Translations under genes and position numbers: made by a program
Assembly (NCBI GenBank): GCA_043228905.1
Contig: JBHGNT010000003.1
Span: forward strand, 13,702,001 to 13,766,000
Reading direction: 5' to 3'
Length of the DNA stretch: 64,000 nt
From: Azolla caroliniana
Lineage: Eukaryota > Plantae > Polypodiophyta
The notes under the pieces: generated by a model
Databases searched by the model: none
Seen by the model: the letters and a program-made list of their open reading frames with translations, nothing else
What the model was told of the DNA's origin: nothing
Shown here: positions 51,388-62,961 of the stretch, piece after piece
How positions within the stretch are numbered: the first letter of the stretch is position 1
How the letters are laid out: every line of letters begins with the position of its first letter

Positions 51388-51404
51388 TGGCACGCCCATG
51401 GGAC
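51388..51404 (+). promoter_or_regulatory. Opposite-strand tRNA-Arg-like PBS at the PPT position of element E
   Basis: TGGCACGCCCATGGGAC lies 2 nt from the LTR end GTAACA. Confidence 0.7.
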
Positions 51405-51512
51405 AGTACCTTGTACGTCGAACCCTTCTTGGCCCCTTCATCGTTCACCCAAATTGTCCAAAATACTTTGTTCCAGAGTTTCCACTTGTTCTTCCGGTTG
51501 TGGTTGTTGCGG

Positions 51513-54407
51513 CTATGCTTGCTGCTGCTGCTGTGGTTGCGGTTGGGACTGAGGCTGCTCCGGCTGCTCTATAGGCGGCTGCTCCGTTTGTTTCTCTGAC
51601 TCCGGCATCTCCGTTTGACTGCTTCCAGTCCGGTCTCCTTCCAGTAACGGTTCCTCATCACTGAGGTTGACCGTAACCGGTTCTCGTGCTTTCTCTTCCC
51701 GGATCCGGGACCTCTCGTAGCTTTCAAACTGGATCTGCGCCTCCAGCCTGTCGTCGTCCAGCTGAGCCACAAGTTGCCGAACTTGCCCTAGTTGGTCCTC
51801 TGCCAAGGCTTGAAAGTCTTCGGCCAGCTCATCTCTTATGCCGGTGAAGTCTTCGGAAGTCAGCATATAGCAATCATCTCCCTCCTTCCGCCGGTTCTCT
51901 ACGTCGGCCCGGAGCAATTGGAGTTCCGCCGCGTTCGTGGCCCACTTGGTCCACCATTTGACGGAACCGTTGTCAATCAAGCTCTTGGTCTGGTTCAACC
52001 AGGCCCGCATGATATCCTGGATGCGACTTGCTCCCATTTGCGCTCTACTTTCCACAACTTGTCGTTCCTCCTTCAACTGCTTGATGAGATTAGCCGTATC
52101 CTCCGCCTGCTCTCTGTAGCGCGTCAGCTGCCCTTGATATGTTGTCTGCAGCCTCTGCAGTACCTCCGCCGCTCTTTCTTTTTCCGCCTGCTGTTGCCTG
52201 AGGAGCTCTGTCCGAACCTTCTCCGCCTCTTCCAACCGTCTTCTGGTTTCCGCTTGTTCATTAGCGTATGCCGTTGCGGTCCGATCAACTGCTTGCCGGA
52301 GCTCATCCGTCCGTTCCTTGTGCTCCGTTTGCAACCGTTTATACTCCCGATGCAAGTGCTCAAATTCCTCCGTTTTTTGTTTGAGCTTGCCGTTGATTTG
52401 GTGATGGTTCCGGTCCTCCCGGTCCTTTAGCTGCCGGAGTTCCTCTTTCAGGCGCTCTATTTCTGTTTCGGCGTTTCTCCGGAGCCTGTCCTTCTCTTGC
52501 AGCATTTTCTCCTTTTCCTCCTTGAGCCGGTCGTATGCTTGGTGGCCTTTTCGTAAGCTCTCCTCGGCCCGGCGTAGATTCTCAGCAGTCTTTTTGAGTT
52601 CTGCCTCCGCTGCCGTCTTCAATTCTCTTTCGCGGCTCCTCAGCGCTTCTTGGGCAGCTAGCTCATCCTTTAAGTCCGCAAGCTCTTGGGCTTGTGCCGC
52701 ATTTCTCTCCGGAACGGTTTCCGTTGCCGGGGTCTGATTGCTATGTACAGGTTGATCTGCCGCTTTATTCTGTACATTGCCCGGAGTCATCGGTGCTTGG
52801 ACTTGTGTTGTCAAAGCCAATTGAGCCATTTCCCTTGTGACCCTGTCCAAGTCTTGTTCAAGGCTCCGGATTCTGGACCGGGCCGTCTCTAGATCTACGG
52901 TTGTGACGAGCAACCGTTCGTGGTGCGCTCTCTCCTCCGCCTCTATGTACTCGACCGCTCCGGCGATTTGCTCGCCTACCCACCGTAGCCACATGCTACT
53001 GGTGCCTTGCTGCTGTACTGGTCGGGTCGGCTCGTTCACTGTGGAATTGTCTGGCCTGAGTGCCTGTATCTGCCGTTCTAGTTCTCCTCCTTGGCCGCCG
53101 TGTGTGCTGGCTGGGCTCGCCGGCTGTTGAGTTCCGGTTCTCGCCGTCTCCGGAGCCGTTGGAATGACTTCTTGTATAGAAGTCGACAAGCCCGGTTCTA
53201 TACGCACCGGTTCCGGTTCCTCCCTTGTGGTTTGCTCAGGTTGAGTTGGGGGCGTGTCTTCCTTTTGCGGGTCCGAACGCTCCCCCGCTGTCCCGGCGGT
53301 CCTACTTCTTGACCGTCGTTGGAGGTGCTCTACTGGCTCCTCCGTTTCCTCTTCCTGGGTAGCGGCATGTATCTGTGCCGTCAAGGGTTCCGGTTCCTTC
53401 TGTCTCGGTCGCCGTATGGTTATCTTAACGGGTCGGACCGGTGACACCTCCTCCGGTTCTGGGAGCCGTTTCTTCCCTTTCGTCGCCTTCGACGCCAGCA
53501 GCTGCTGTCGTTTGGACGCGGGTTTCGAGGTGCTTCCTTCCGATAATCTTGGCCGCTTCTTTGGCTGGACGGTCTCGACCGGCGGCACGAGCAATGTTAT
53601 CCACTGAGCTACGGCATGCCACAGCTTCCGTCCCTCCTTGCCGTCCTTTCCTCGTACCGTGTCGATTGCCACGCACAAACCGTCTGCAATCAACACCGGC
53701 CAATCCACCTTGATCCCTTCATAGGTGGCTATGATCATCCCTGCCCGATTTTTTGGCATGATAGGGGGTCGGGGGTACACGTGGCCGTACTCATGGAGCA
53801 CTCGAGCTATCTCCCTGAATAGCGGATCTTCGCCGCCCTGCGTTCGATAGCCTTTGCCGGCTACAGAGTACTCACCGAAATATCGGATGAGTTGCTCCGA
53901 GGTTGGGTTATCAATCTGAAAAATACCTCCCTCCGGAAGGCCTGTTAGCGCACGGATCGCTTCCTCGGTGATGACTTCTTTGTCGAGCTCCTTGATGACC
54001 TGGTCGGCTTCTTTGTGCGGTGGTGCCTCCATGATGGTCAAGAACCCATCCAGTCCGTGTTGCCTGAACCATTTCCTGGCCGCTTCCGACAGCGTTTGTG
54101 GTTCCATGTCTGCTTCGAGGTCGAGGAAAGATGGCGAGGTAGAGTGGTGATGAGAGTGAGAGCGAGAGAGAGAGCGTTCCGAACGTGGGGGTTCTCTGAG
54201 TGCAGGTTCGCGTTTGCTAAGCTTCCACTGCCTTGGTGCTTCTATGCTTCTTGGCTCGCGAAAAAAAAATGTCTCCATGCGTTCTTCTTTTTCTCTGTGC
54301 GTCTTGGCGCCTTTTTCGAGCATGTGCACGTCGTGTACCAATTTAGTATTAAGTAATGTGGCGGCTCTTAAATGCCCACTACGTACCTTTTCGCTCCTTG
54401 CTTTCAC
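51513..54407 (-). CDS. Extra ORF2: conserved N-terminal domain, disordered linker and long coiled coil; true start probably downstream (METFFF or MEPQTL)
   Basis: 964-aa open frame 3' of pol; homologous fragments in element D; E/Q/R/K/L-rich helical C-terminal half. Confidence 0.85.
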   Translation of the reverse strand: MKARSEKVRSGHLRAATLLNTKLVHDVHMLEKGAKTHREKEERMETFFFREPRSIEAPRQWKLSKREPALREPPRSERSLSRSHSHHHSTSPSFLDLEADMEPQTLSEAARKWFRQHGLDGFLTIMEAPPHKEADQVIKELDKEVITEEAIRALTGLPEGGIFQIDNPTSEQLIRYFGEYSVAGKGYRTQGGEDPLFREIARVLHEYGHVYPRPPIMPKNRAGMIIATYEGIKVDWPVLIADGLCVAIDTVRGKDGKEGRKLWHAVAQWITLLVPPVETVQPKKRPRLSEGSTSKPASKRQQLLASKATKGKKRLPEPEEVSPVRPVKITIRRPRQKEPEPLTAQIHAATQEEETEEPVEHLQRRSRSRTAGTAGERSDPQKEDTPPTQPEQTTREEPEPVRIEPGLSTSIQEVIPTAPETARTGTQQPASPASTHGGQGGELERQIQALRPDNSTVNEPTRPVQQQGTSSMWLRWVGEQIAGAVEYIEAEERAHHERLLVTTVDLETARSRIRSLEQDLDRVTREMAQLALTTQVQAPMTPGNVQNKAADQPVHSNQTPATETVPERNAAQAQELADLKDELAAQEALRSRERELKTAAEAELKKTAENLRRAEESLRKGHQAYDRLKEEKEKMLQEKDRLRRNAETEIERLKEELRQLKDREDRNHHQINGKLKQKTEEFEHLHREYKRLQTEHKERTDELRQAVDRTATAYANEQAETRRRLEEAEKVRTELLRQQQAEKERAAEVLQRLQTTYQGQLTRYREQAEDTANLIKQLKEERQVVESRAQMGASRIQDIMRAWLNQTKSLIDNGSVKWWTKWATNAAELQLLRADVENRRKEGDDCYMLTSEDFTGIRDELAEDFQALAEDQLGQVRQLVAQLDDDRLEAQIQFESYERSRIREEKAREPVTVNLSDEEPLLEGDRTGSSQTEMPESEKQTEQPPIEQPEQPQSQPQPQQQQQA

Positions 54408-54492
54408 GTCCGTTCATACCTCGATTTTTAATGATTTCTCTTTTTTTTTTCTTTTTTTCTTTTTTTCTTTTTTTTAATGACGGTATGTGATC

Positions 54493-57400
54493 TTACACAT
54501 CCGTAGGTCCCTTCGGACCCTTACCGTTTTCCTTAGGGGTTGCCGTGTCTTCCTTCGCCTCTGCTACAGGTTGCCCGTCGTCTTTTTCTTCCATCCGTAC
54601 CGTTCCCGGACAGGTTCCCGGTATAGTGCCGGTGGGCTGCATAAACGGGTTACTTGGCATTGGTCCTTTATAGGGCTTTAGTCTAAATCCGTTGACCCAC
54701 TTGCCTAGCACTTCACCGGCAAGTGTCCCTAACTGATAGGACCCGTTGTATTCCCGTGTCAGCCAATACGGGCCTGTCCATCTAAACCGGAGTTTACCCG
54801 GCATCTTGCCCATCCTCGTTTGGAATACTAGCACCGGCTTTCCGATTTTGAACATCTTTTCATTACCTTTCCGGTGACGGTCAACGAACGCTTTCCGTCG
54901 TCGTTGCTCCAGTTCCATGTGTAGGATGTTGGCGAGCCGTTGCTCCTCCAGTTCGCATAGTGCTGCTAGCCGCATTTCTTCCGACTCCTTTTCATTCAGC
55001 CGTTCCCGTAGTTGGATCCGTAAGCTTGGTACCTGAAATTCCACCGGCATGACCGCCTCTAAGCCGAACGCTAACCGGAACGGCGTTGTCCGGATACTTG
55101 TTTTGTATGCCGTTCGGTACGCCCATAGCGCGCTATGGAGCTTTGTATCCCAGTCCGTCCGGTTTTCATTTACGATTTTGCGGAGAATGTTCTGGAGCAT
55201 TTTGTTGGTTGACTCTGCTAACCCGTTTGCTTGTGGGTAATACGGTGTGCTCCGTTTATGAACCACGGCATAGAACGTTGTTAAGCTTTCCACTACCTGG
55301 CCGAGGAAGTGCCCTCCTTGGTCGCTGATTAATTCAATGGGACATCCATATCGGCACCAAATGTTTTCGTACAGGAATTTTGCTGTGGATGACGCGGTGT
55401 TGTCTCTCAAGGGCTTAGCCTCCACCCATTTAGTGCAATAATCTGTTGCCACGATGACATAACGATTACCCGTTCTCATTGCCGGTGGTTTGAACGGTCC
55501 GACAAAATCCAACCCCCACTTCTGGAATGGCTCTAGTGGAAGTACCGGTTGGTGTGGCATCCGTGCTTTCTCCGTAGGCTGGCCCATTCGTTGGCATAGG
55601 TCACATTCCTTAGCGTACTTGACGGCGTCTTTTAACGTCGTGGGCCACCATAAGCCGCTCTGCCATACTTTCCTTGTCGTCGCTTCCCCGGCATAGTGTC
55701 CTCCGGCAACCCCACAGTGTGCTTCCCGTAAGATTACTTGTTTCTCGTCACTACGGACTGCCCGTCTCCATATTCCATCTGCTCCTTTGTGGTAGAGAGT
55801 GTCCCGTAACAGACAGAAATTGCGGCTCTGCACCGTCAGTCGTTTCCCCTCGTCCCGGTTCATTTCCTCCGGTGGCAGGCCCGTGCTTAGGAACTGGTGC
55901 ATGTTTGTCAGCCACCTATCTTCTGATGCCACCGTGTCGTCCGCTGCCGTTTCCGGGGTGATACGGAATAACTCTGCGTCCGGGAATTCATCCGATACTC
56001 CGTCGCCTGATTCTCCGGACTCTAACCGGCTCAGGTAGTCTGCTACGGCATGCTGGATACCGGGCCGGTGGAAGATCTCGAATTCGAACTCCTGCAACAG
56101 CAAGGTCCAACGGGCCAACTTACCGGTCAGGGACGCCTTGGACACTAAGTACAGGAGCGCCGAGTGATCCACATGAAAGGAGAACTTCCTTCCCAATAGG
56201 TAATGACGAAACTTTGTGACACTGTAGATCATGACCAGGGCCTCCCGTTCCGTCGTCGAATAGTTCTTCTCCGCTTGGGACAGCTTCCGGCTGGCGTAAT
56301 ATACCGGCCGGTACCATTTAGGCTCCGTAAGTTGCATTAAGGCGCTGCCGATAGCGATGTCGGAAGCGTCAACGAACACATGAAATTCCTTGCTCCAATC
56401 CGGAGGCTGCACGACGGGTGCTTGCGACAAAAGTACCTTCAGGGCATTGTATGCCTTATCCTCCGTATCCGTCCATTGGAACGATGTCCGATGTACCGCG
56501 GTGTGTAATGGTGTAGCCAAGTCAGCCAAGTGACGGAGCATCCGGTTGTGCCACCGGATCTGTCCTAAGAATCGGCTTAGTGCTTTGGCCGTTTTCGGCG
56601 CCGGTGCCCCTAGTATCGCGTTTACTTTGTCCGGGTCGACCGCAATGCCCTCCTTACTTACAATGTGTCCCAGTAAGATTCCACTTGAAACTCCAAAGAT
56701 GCATTTTGCTGGGTTTAAGCTTAGCCGGTATAACCTACACTTTTCAAGGCATAACCGTAGGTGCTGCAAATGGTCTTTTCCCCGGCTATAGACTGCAAAA
56801 TCATCCAGGAAAACCTGCATGAAGGCAGGAATGTATTCGCCGAAGACCTCCATGATGATTCGCTGGAAAGTTGCTGGTGCCGTTTTTAGGCCGAACATCA
56901 TTACTTCGGCCACAAACACCCCCCATTCGGTGACGAACGCTGTCTTCTCCTGGTCGTCAGGGTGCATCCGGATTTGATTGTATCCGCTGAACCCGTCTAA
57001 AAAACTATAAACTTCATGGCCGGCGACGGCATCCAGTACTCCATCCGTGAACGGAAGAGGGAATGCATCCGTAATTGTGGCTGCATTTAGTTTCCTGTAA
57101 TCTACACACACGCGGATTTTTCCGTTCTTCTTTGGGACGACGACGATGGGGCTCAGCCACGTCGCTTTCTTTACCGGCCGGATGAAGCCCACTCTTAGGA
57201 GTTTGTCGATTTCCTCCTTCACTTTGGCGGCGTAGTTGGGGTTCATTCGGTAACGTCTTTGCGCCACTGGTTTCGCGTCCTTGCCTAAGTGGATCTGATG
57301 CTGATATAATTGAGGGTCCAGCCCTCGCATGTCTTCATATGACCAGGCGAATACGTCGCGAAACTCCGTGAGAAGTTTGATCATCGCCGCTTTATCTTCC

Positions 57401-60375
57401 GGCTTCATTTCTTTGGCGATGTGTACCGGCTTTGATTCGTCCTTGCTTCCTAGGTTCACTTCGTCGAGCTGGGATGTTTTTACCCGTTGGGAAATGGCCA
57501 TTTCCCGTTCCCACGCTTCCTGTGCTTGCCGTAATTCCCGAATCGAATCTTTGTCTGGTTCGGCTTCGGTTTCGTCCCGCTGCGGCAAGTATGGCGCTAC
57601 GGCTTCAGCTACGTCAATCTCGAAGAGTGGTACAATCTTCAGGTGTTCCTCCAAGTACTGGGCTTCTTCGTCGTCTGCCAACCCTTCAAGCATGTTCACG
57701 CATTCCGCATACAGCGGTGTGCATTCCTTACCGTTGCTCGTCCGTGGTTGTGTCGGTACCCGGACCTTGGCTTTTCCGCGCCGGAAGGTAATCATATTTT
57801 TCCGCCAATTTTGCTTGATGTGTGCTGTTTTCAACCATGGTCTTCCCAGCAACAGTGGGTACGCGCCTTGCGCCTGTAGCTGCAGCACTACAGCCGAGAT
57901 GTGGAATGTGTAACCTCCTATGGTGACTTCCAATTTCCGTATTAAGCCCGTCGGCCATACAGAGCTCGTATCCGCCATCCGTAGCCAGAACGGACATGGC
58001 TCCCATTCATGTATACCCAAGGCATCACACGTGTGGAGGCTTATTACGTTCACCCCGGAGCCTCCATCGATTACTGTGCCGGAAAGTTCGTGCCCTTTGA
58101 CAATAGCTGTAATCACCGGACTACTAGTGTCCACCACCGTCGGTCCCTCCTCCGGATTCGAGAAGAGGACTGGTGCCGGTGGGGCTATACCGTCTGTCAT
58201 GACCGTTTTTAGTCCTTCCGTAAATCGCGGCACGAGCTGCAAGAGTCTTCCTAATGGCAACGTGATCTGACATTCTTGCAGTGCTTGCCATGTCTCGTTT
58301 TCTGGGTGGCTACCGCCGGCACTCCCTATGGTATTCGCCTTTTGCCGTTCCGCGTCCGCGACGTTCCTTTCATTGGCTTCCTTCACCCATTCCGTCGCCT
58401 GTTTTCGTATGGCCTCTTGTGTTTCCCACTCTTTGGCCATGCCTTTCGACCGTGTGGTTACTTGCTGTATATCCGCCACTTCCGGAACCACCATATTAAC
58501 TGCTGGTCGTTTATCGTAGCTCTTTGCCGGGCACTGGTTACTGTAGTGGCCTTCCTGCCTGCAGTAATAGCAGTACTCTTTACGGTTATTGTTGGATTCA
58601 GCATTGCTGGTATCCGGAGTCGGTCCCGTAGTGAGTGGTGCGTTCTGTGCCGGTTGGCTCCTTGGGGTTCCATGTTCCGGGTCCCTAGTGTGACCACCTT
58701 TCTTGAAATTACGTTTCTTATTATTCTTATTTTTATTTCGGTAGTCCGGTCGTGGTGGATCGTAAAATCGGCCGTAGTCCTCCTGGTGCCTTCGGTAACC
58801 AGGGGAATGGTCTCTGTCGTATTGCTCGGGTCGTCTGTTGGACTCCCGATAACGGTCCGATCGCTCATACCGGTCGTAGTTATCATGCCGATTCCTGTAC
58901 CGGCCATCATTCTCTTGTCTGTCTCCATACCGGACATCCTGTGCCGGTCGGTACCGGTTCATTCTTTGGCAACGATCGTCATCTTCGTCTCGGCTGCTTC
59001 TTGGCTCGATCCGTCGGACGGGTGGTGCTTGTCGGTTTAACAGGTTATACTCGCACCGGTCCGTTGTATGACTCTTGGATTGACAAATCACACACTGAGT
59101 TCGCATGGTGCACTCCACTGCCGAGTGTCCGGCATTCAAACAGATTGTGCATTGAATTGCCTGCCGGAACCGGAGATCTTCATCGGTGGGTAACGCCCGT
59201 TACAGTGTTCCCAGTGTAAGCCATGAGCTTGACTTTTCCATTTCTCTGACCCGGTCAATGACCTGGTCAATGGTGCTTCCTCGAAAGTCGATTACCGTAC
59301 ACACCGTGCGTAACGGTTCCCGGAGTGCGTTTAAAAATATCGTCCGTAATTCCTCCTCCGGGGGTGCACGGGCAAGCTGGCTATGCATTCGTTGGAAACG
59401 GATGACGAATTGGGGAATGCTTTCCCCTGCCTCCTGTCGGATCGTATAAAACAGGCCCACCATTGTCGTCTGGTCGACCTCCTTGTGGAAAAAATGCAAG
59501 AATTTTGCTTTTAATTCTGCAAAGGTTGTGATGGTCGCCGGGTCCTGCGTCCGCCGCCATCGTGTCGCTGGTCCTTCCAACGTGACCCCGAATTCCGCTA
59601 TCTTCGAGCGTTCTTCTTCCTCCGGTGTCATTCGCTGGGACGTGTGATTTGCTTCCCATGTCTGCTCGAAGGCATGAACATGCGCTTCCGCGTCCGGATC
59701 ATCGCGATACTTTGAGTATTGGAACGGCATGTCGTCGTCCAGTATTAGGCCGCGGTTTAGTGGCGTTTGTTGATATCTTGCCGGTTTTCGCTCCGGTTCC
59801 ACTTCCGGTTGTTTTGCCGGTGCTTTTTCCGGTGCCTCTTCTGGTTCTTTTTCCGGTTCTTTCACCGGCTCGTCTTTCGGTACCTTCGCCGGCTCTTTCG
59901 TTGGTGTCGGTGGCTTTGCTTCTTCCACTTCCGGTGTTGGTGGGTTGACGGTTTCCGTTTGCGGTTCCGGATAGCCCTGGTCGAGCAGTTCCGGTTCTGG
60001 AGTCGGCACGGTATCCGACCCGTCGTCCTCCGGGCCGCCGGGGGTATCGTTGCTGCTCCGGTAGTTCGTGTGCACGCTGTATCCCCCTTCGGAATCCGAT
60101 TCGTAGGCTGAAAAGGCTTCTGCCTCGTTTTCTCCGCTTGCCAGCGCCTCGAGGAGGCGTTCGGTTTCCCGGAGACTACTTAGACTGCTTCCGTCGTCCT
60201 GGTCGCGAGTTTGCTGTAACCGAAGAGATTCCTCCGCGACTCTCCGGATCTCGTTGGAGAACGAACGATCCGAGCGAATTTCGTGCGCTGCTTGCTGGAA
60301 AGTCTCACGCCGTCTTTGCCGTTCGGCGAGGCGTCGAGCTCGGTCTGTAACCAGGTCGTGCGTTGGTCTCGTCAT
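54493..60375 (-). CDS. Single-frame gag-pol of element E with one in-frame TAA at 59200-59202
   Basis: ORFs 59200-60375 and 54493-59139 share a frame; three CCHC knuckles, IDGGSG protease, VFLDDF RT, VDASDIAIG RNase H, WGLDFVGP integrase with a GPY motif; no chromodomain. Confidence 0.93.
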
Positions 60376-62961
60376 CCATTAAGCCGTCGTTCGCTGCGAG
60401 AAAGCAGGAATCGTGGTCGCCAAAACTGTGTTATTCTCTGACCGGACAAGGCCTAACACAAGGTGTCACGGAGACACTTCACCAAAGGGTGATTACGGCA
60501 TAGGATTAAGATTCAACGATTACACCGACTTACGTAGGTTACACGATTAGAGTGCTTTGGTTAATTACACGCGTAAGATATAACAGTAATTACAGAACGG
60601 AAATCAACACAGAAGTATAAACACCATATGCTCTATTAATTATCCGCTGCGATTACAATGGGGTCCGGGCCTTTAAATAGGTTTCCGGCCCGTAGTACAA
60701 AACGGTGCCTATCGCACCTATTCGGGATCCGTCCGGATCTGGAACGGCATACCGTTTCCAGTCCGTCCGTCCATACTAGGCTTATTTACAACCATACTTA
60801 ATTAATTCCTTCACTCCGTATTTTGGACTCCTTGCCGGCCGGTAACATGGGTGCAAGGCATACACCCTCATATCGAAAGACGACCGCCGCAAACTTGAAC
60901 CACAGTCTAGGAAATGCATTTTTCTCAGTTATGGATCAAACGGCGAGTTTGGATACAGACTCTAGGACCCCGAGCACAGACAAATCGTCCAAAGTTCAGA
61001 CGTAGTGTTCAATGAGTCGGCTATGCATAAGACGACCGAAGGGCCTATTGAAGTCCGAAAGGTAATTTTTTCAGATGTGCTAACCCTTCACGAAGGCCCA
61101 ACCCATAACACAAGGTCGACTTAAGGGGTAGCCAAATCCTCTCACACCGACTCGGCAATGCTCGACTCAGCATAGACAAATGATTTGGCTTTGGACCATC
61201 CGACTCCAACACATGATGCGACTAGTCCAATCTTACCTCGAAGATCCGAGAGACTATCGCAACCCCTAGAGAGGTACTTTCCTAGAGTCTTCTTCACGGA
61301 CATCGATGAATCGACGTCATATGAAGAAGCATCGGCATCTTTCTATTCGGCCAAATGGCATCTTGTGATGGAGTAAGAGATGAACTCCATTCAGGCAAAC
61401 AAGACTTGGGACTTGATCGAATTACCGAAGAATCAACGTGCTCTTCCGTGCAAGTGGGTCTAAAGATTAAAAGAGACGTCTGATTCGGCCACCCCAAAAT
61501 TCAAGGCCAGACTAGTAGCAAAGCGTTTCTAACATAATATGGCGTCGACTTCGAGGAAATCTTTTCATCAATGGTGAAAATTACCACCCTTCGATTCCTA
61601 CTCGACATAGTGGCAACCGAGGACTTGGAGTTGATTCAGCTAGATGTTAAAACCACTTTCCTCCATGGTGATCTTGAGGAGGAAATTTATATGGAGCAGC
61701 CGAAAGGCTTTGTGGTATCCGACCAAGAACATCTAGTTTGTCGACTGAGGAAGAGTCTTTACGGCCTGAAACAGGCACCACAGTAGTGGTATAAGAAGTT
61801 CGATGACTTCATCCAATCGATCGGCTTCTCAAAGAGCAATAAGGATTATTGTCGCTTCACCAAAACATCTCAAGATGGTCACCCATCTTCCTCATCATTT
61901 ACGTGGACGACATGGTACTCTCCGGCAGGCATGCCGGAGAGCTCACCGAACTTATTCGGCAACTGCGGTTGAAGTTTGCCATGAAGGACCTCGGTCCAGA
62001 AAGACACATTCTTGAGATTAAGATAAGTCGGAATCAAAATCAATAACAATTGTTTCTATCTCAATCTGACTATATTGGTCGTGTCCTAGAATGCTTCAAC
62101 ATGTACTCGGCCAAGTCTTCTTCGACCCCGCTCCCGATTAATCTTCCGTTGTCTCAGCGAGACTGGCCGACATCTAGTCTTGAGGGGGAAGATATGAAGT
62201 CGGTACCGTATGCACCGACAATCGGCTCCTTGATCTACACGATGGTCGCGACACGGATCATGTCTTCGGAGTCGTCAGCAAATTTATGCACAATCCCGGT
62301 TTATCACATTGGAACGCAGGTAAGCATGTGTTCAGATACTTTATGGGCACAAAAGACTATGGCATCCTATTTGGTCTGAATGATACATCGAGCGTAGTCG
62401 GTTATACCAACTCGGACTTTGCCGGCTGTCTGGATAGTCGAAATTCAACAACCAAATATTGCTTCAAATTCGGCAATGGAGCAATCTCGTGGAAATCAAA
62501 ACTTCAAGAATGCACTGTCACATCAACAATCGAGGCTGAATATGTAGCCGCGTCCGATGCGGAGAAAGAGGCTTTATGACTCGGTTGATTGGCGCACATG
62601 TTTCGACAAGTCGACTCTGACTCGGCTCCAGTGGTCTACAACGACAGTCATGGTTTTGTTGCTTTATCGAAAAATCTGGTTCATCACAACGCCTCCAAGA
62701 ATATCGACGTTCGATATCACTTTGTTCGTAATTGTGTCATTGCATGGAAAATCGGCCTCCAGAAGATACACACAACCGATAATGTCGCAAATGGGATAAC
62801 CAAGTGTCTTTCAGTGGATCAATTCCGATCCCTTCGGCACAAGATGGGTGTAGAGAAGACCAGTTCAATTGAGTCGGACATTCAAGACGTTCTCGGACAA
62901 TCGACATCGATAGTTTGAAGCTCGACTTCAGTTCTTCTGACCCCATCCGACTCGGCCTTCT

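Larger units (their letters stand above)
50967..60847 (-). mobile_element. Young full-length non-chromovirus gypsy E (Athila-like RT); 419-bp LTRs at 50967-51385 and 60429-60847
   Basis: Two C/T differences seen between the LTRs; 5-bp TSD TGGGT; PBS TGGCGACCAC at 60413-60422 (minus). Confidence 0.96.
45006..62918 (+). mobile_element. Decayed copia F in three pieces: 45006-46402, 50402-50966, 60853-62918
   Basis: Gag KFDRSNFNFWKQQM, LDSGA protease, LWHGRLG; the sequence rejoins as CEHCQYGKQ and FG|CKAYT across the inserts; IYVDDM RT; RNase H SKNIDVRYHFVR. Confidence 0.88.

Noticed and set aside
59200-59202. In-frame TAA between gag and pol of element E as programmed readthrough
   Set aside because: The aligned codon in relative D is sense (CAT), and the stop precedes the knuckles. 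A CAA-to-TAA mutation is simpler, though other copies should be checked.
51792-60350. Many plus-strand ORFs over element E
   Set aside because: Antisense shadows of GC-rich coding sequence with no motifs.
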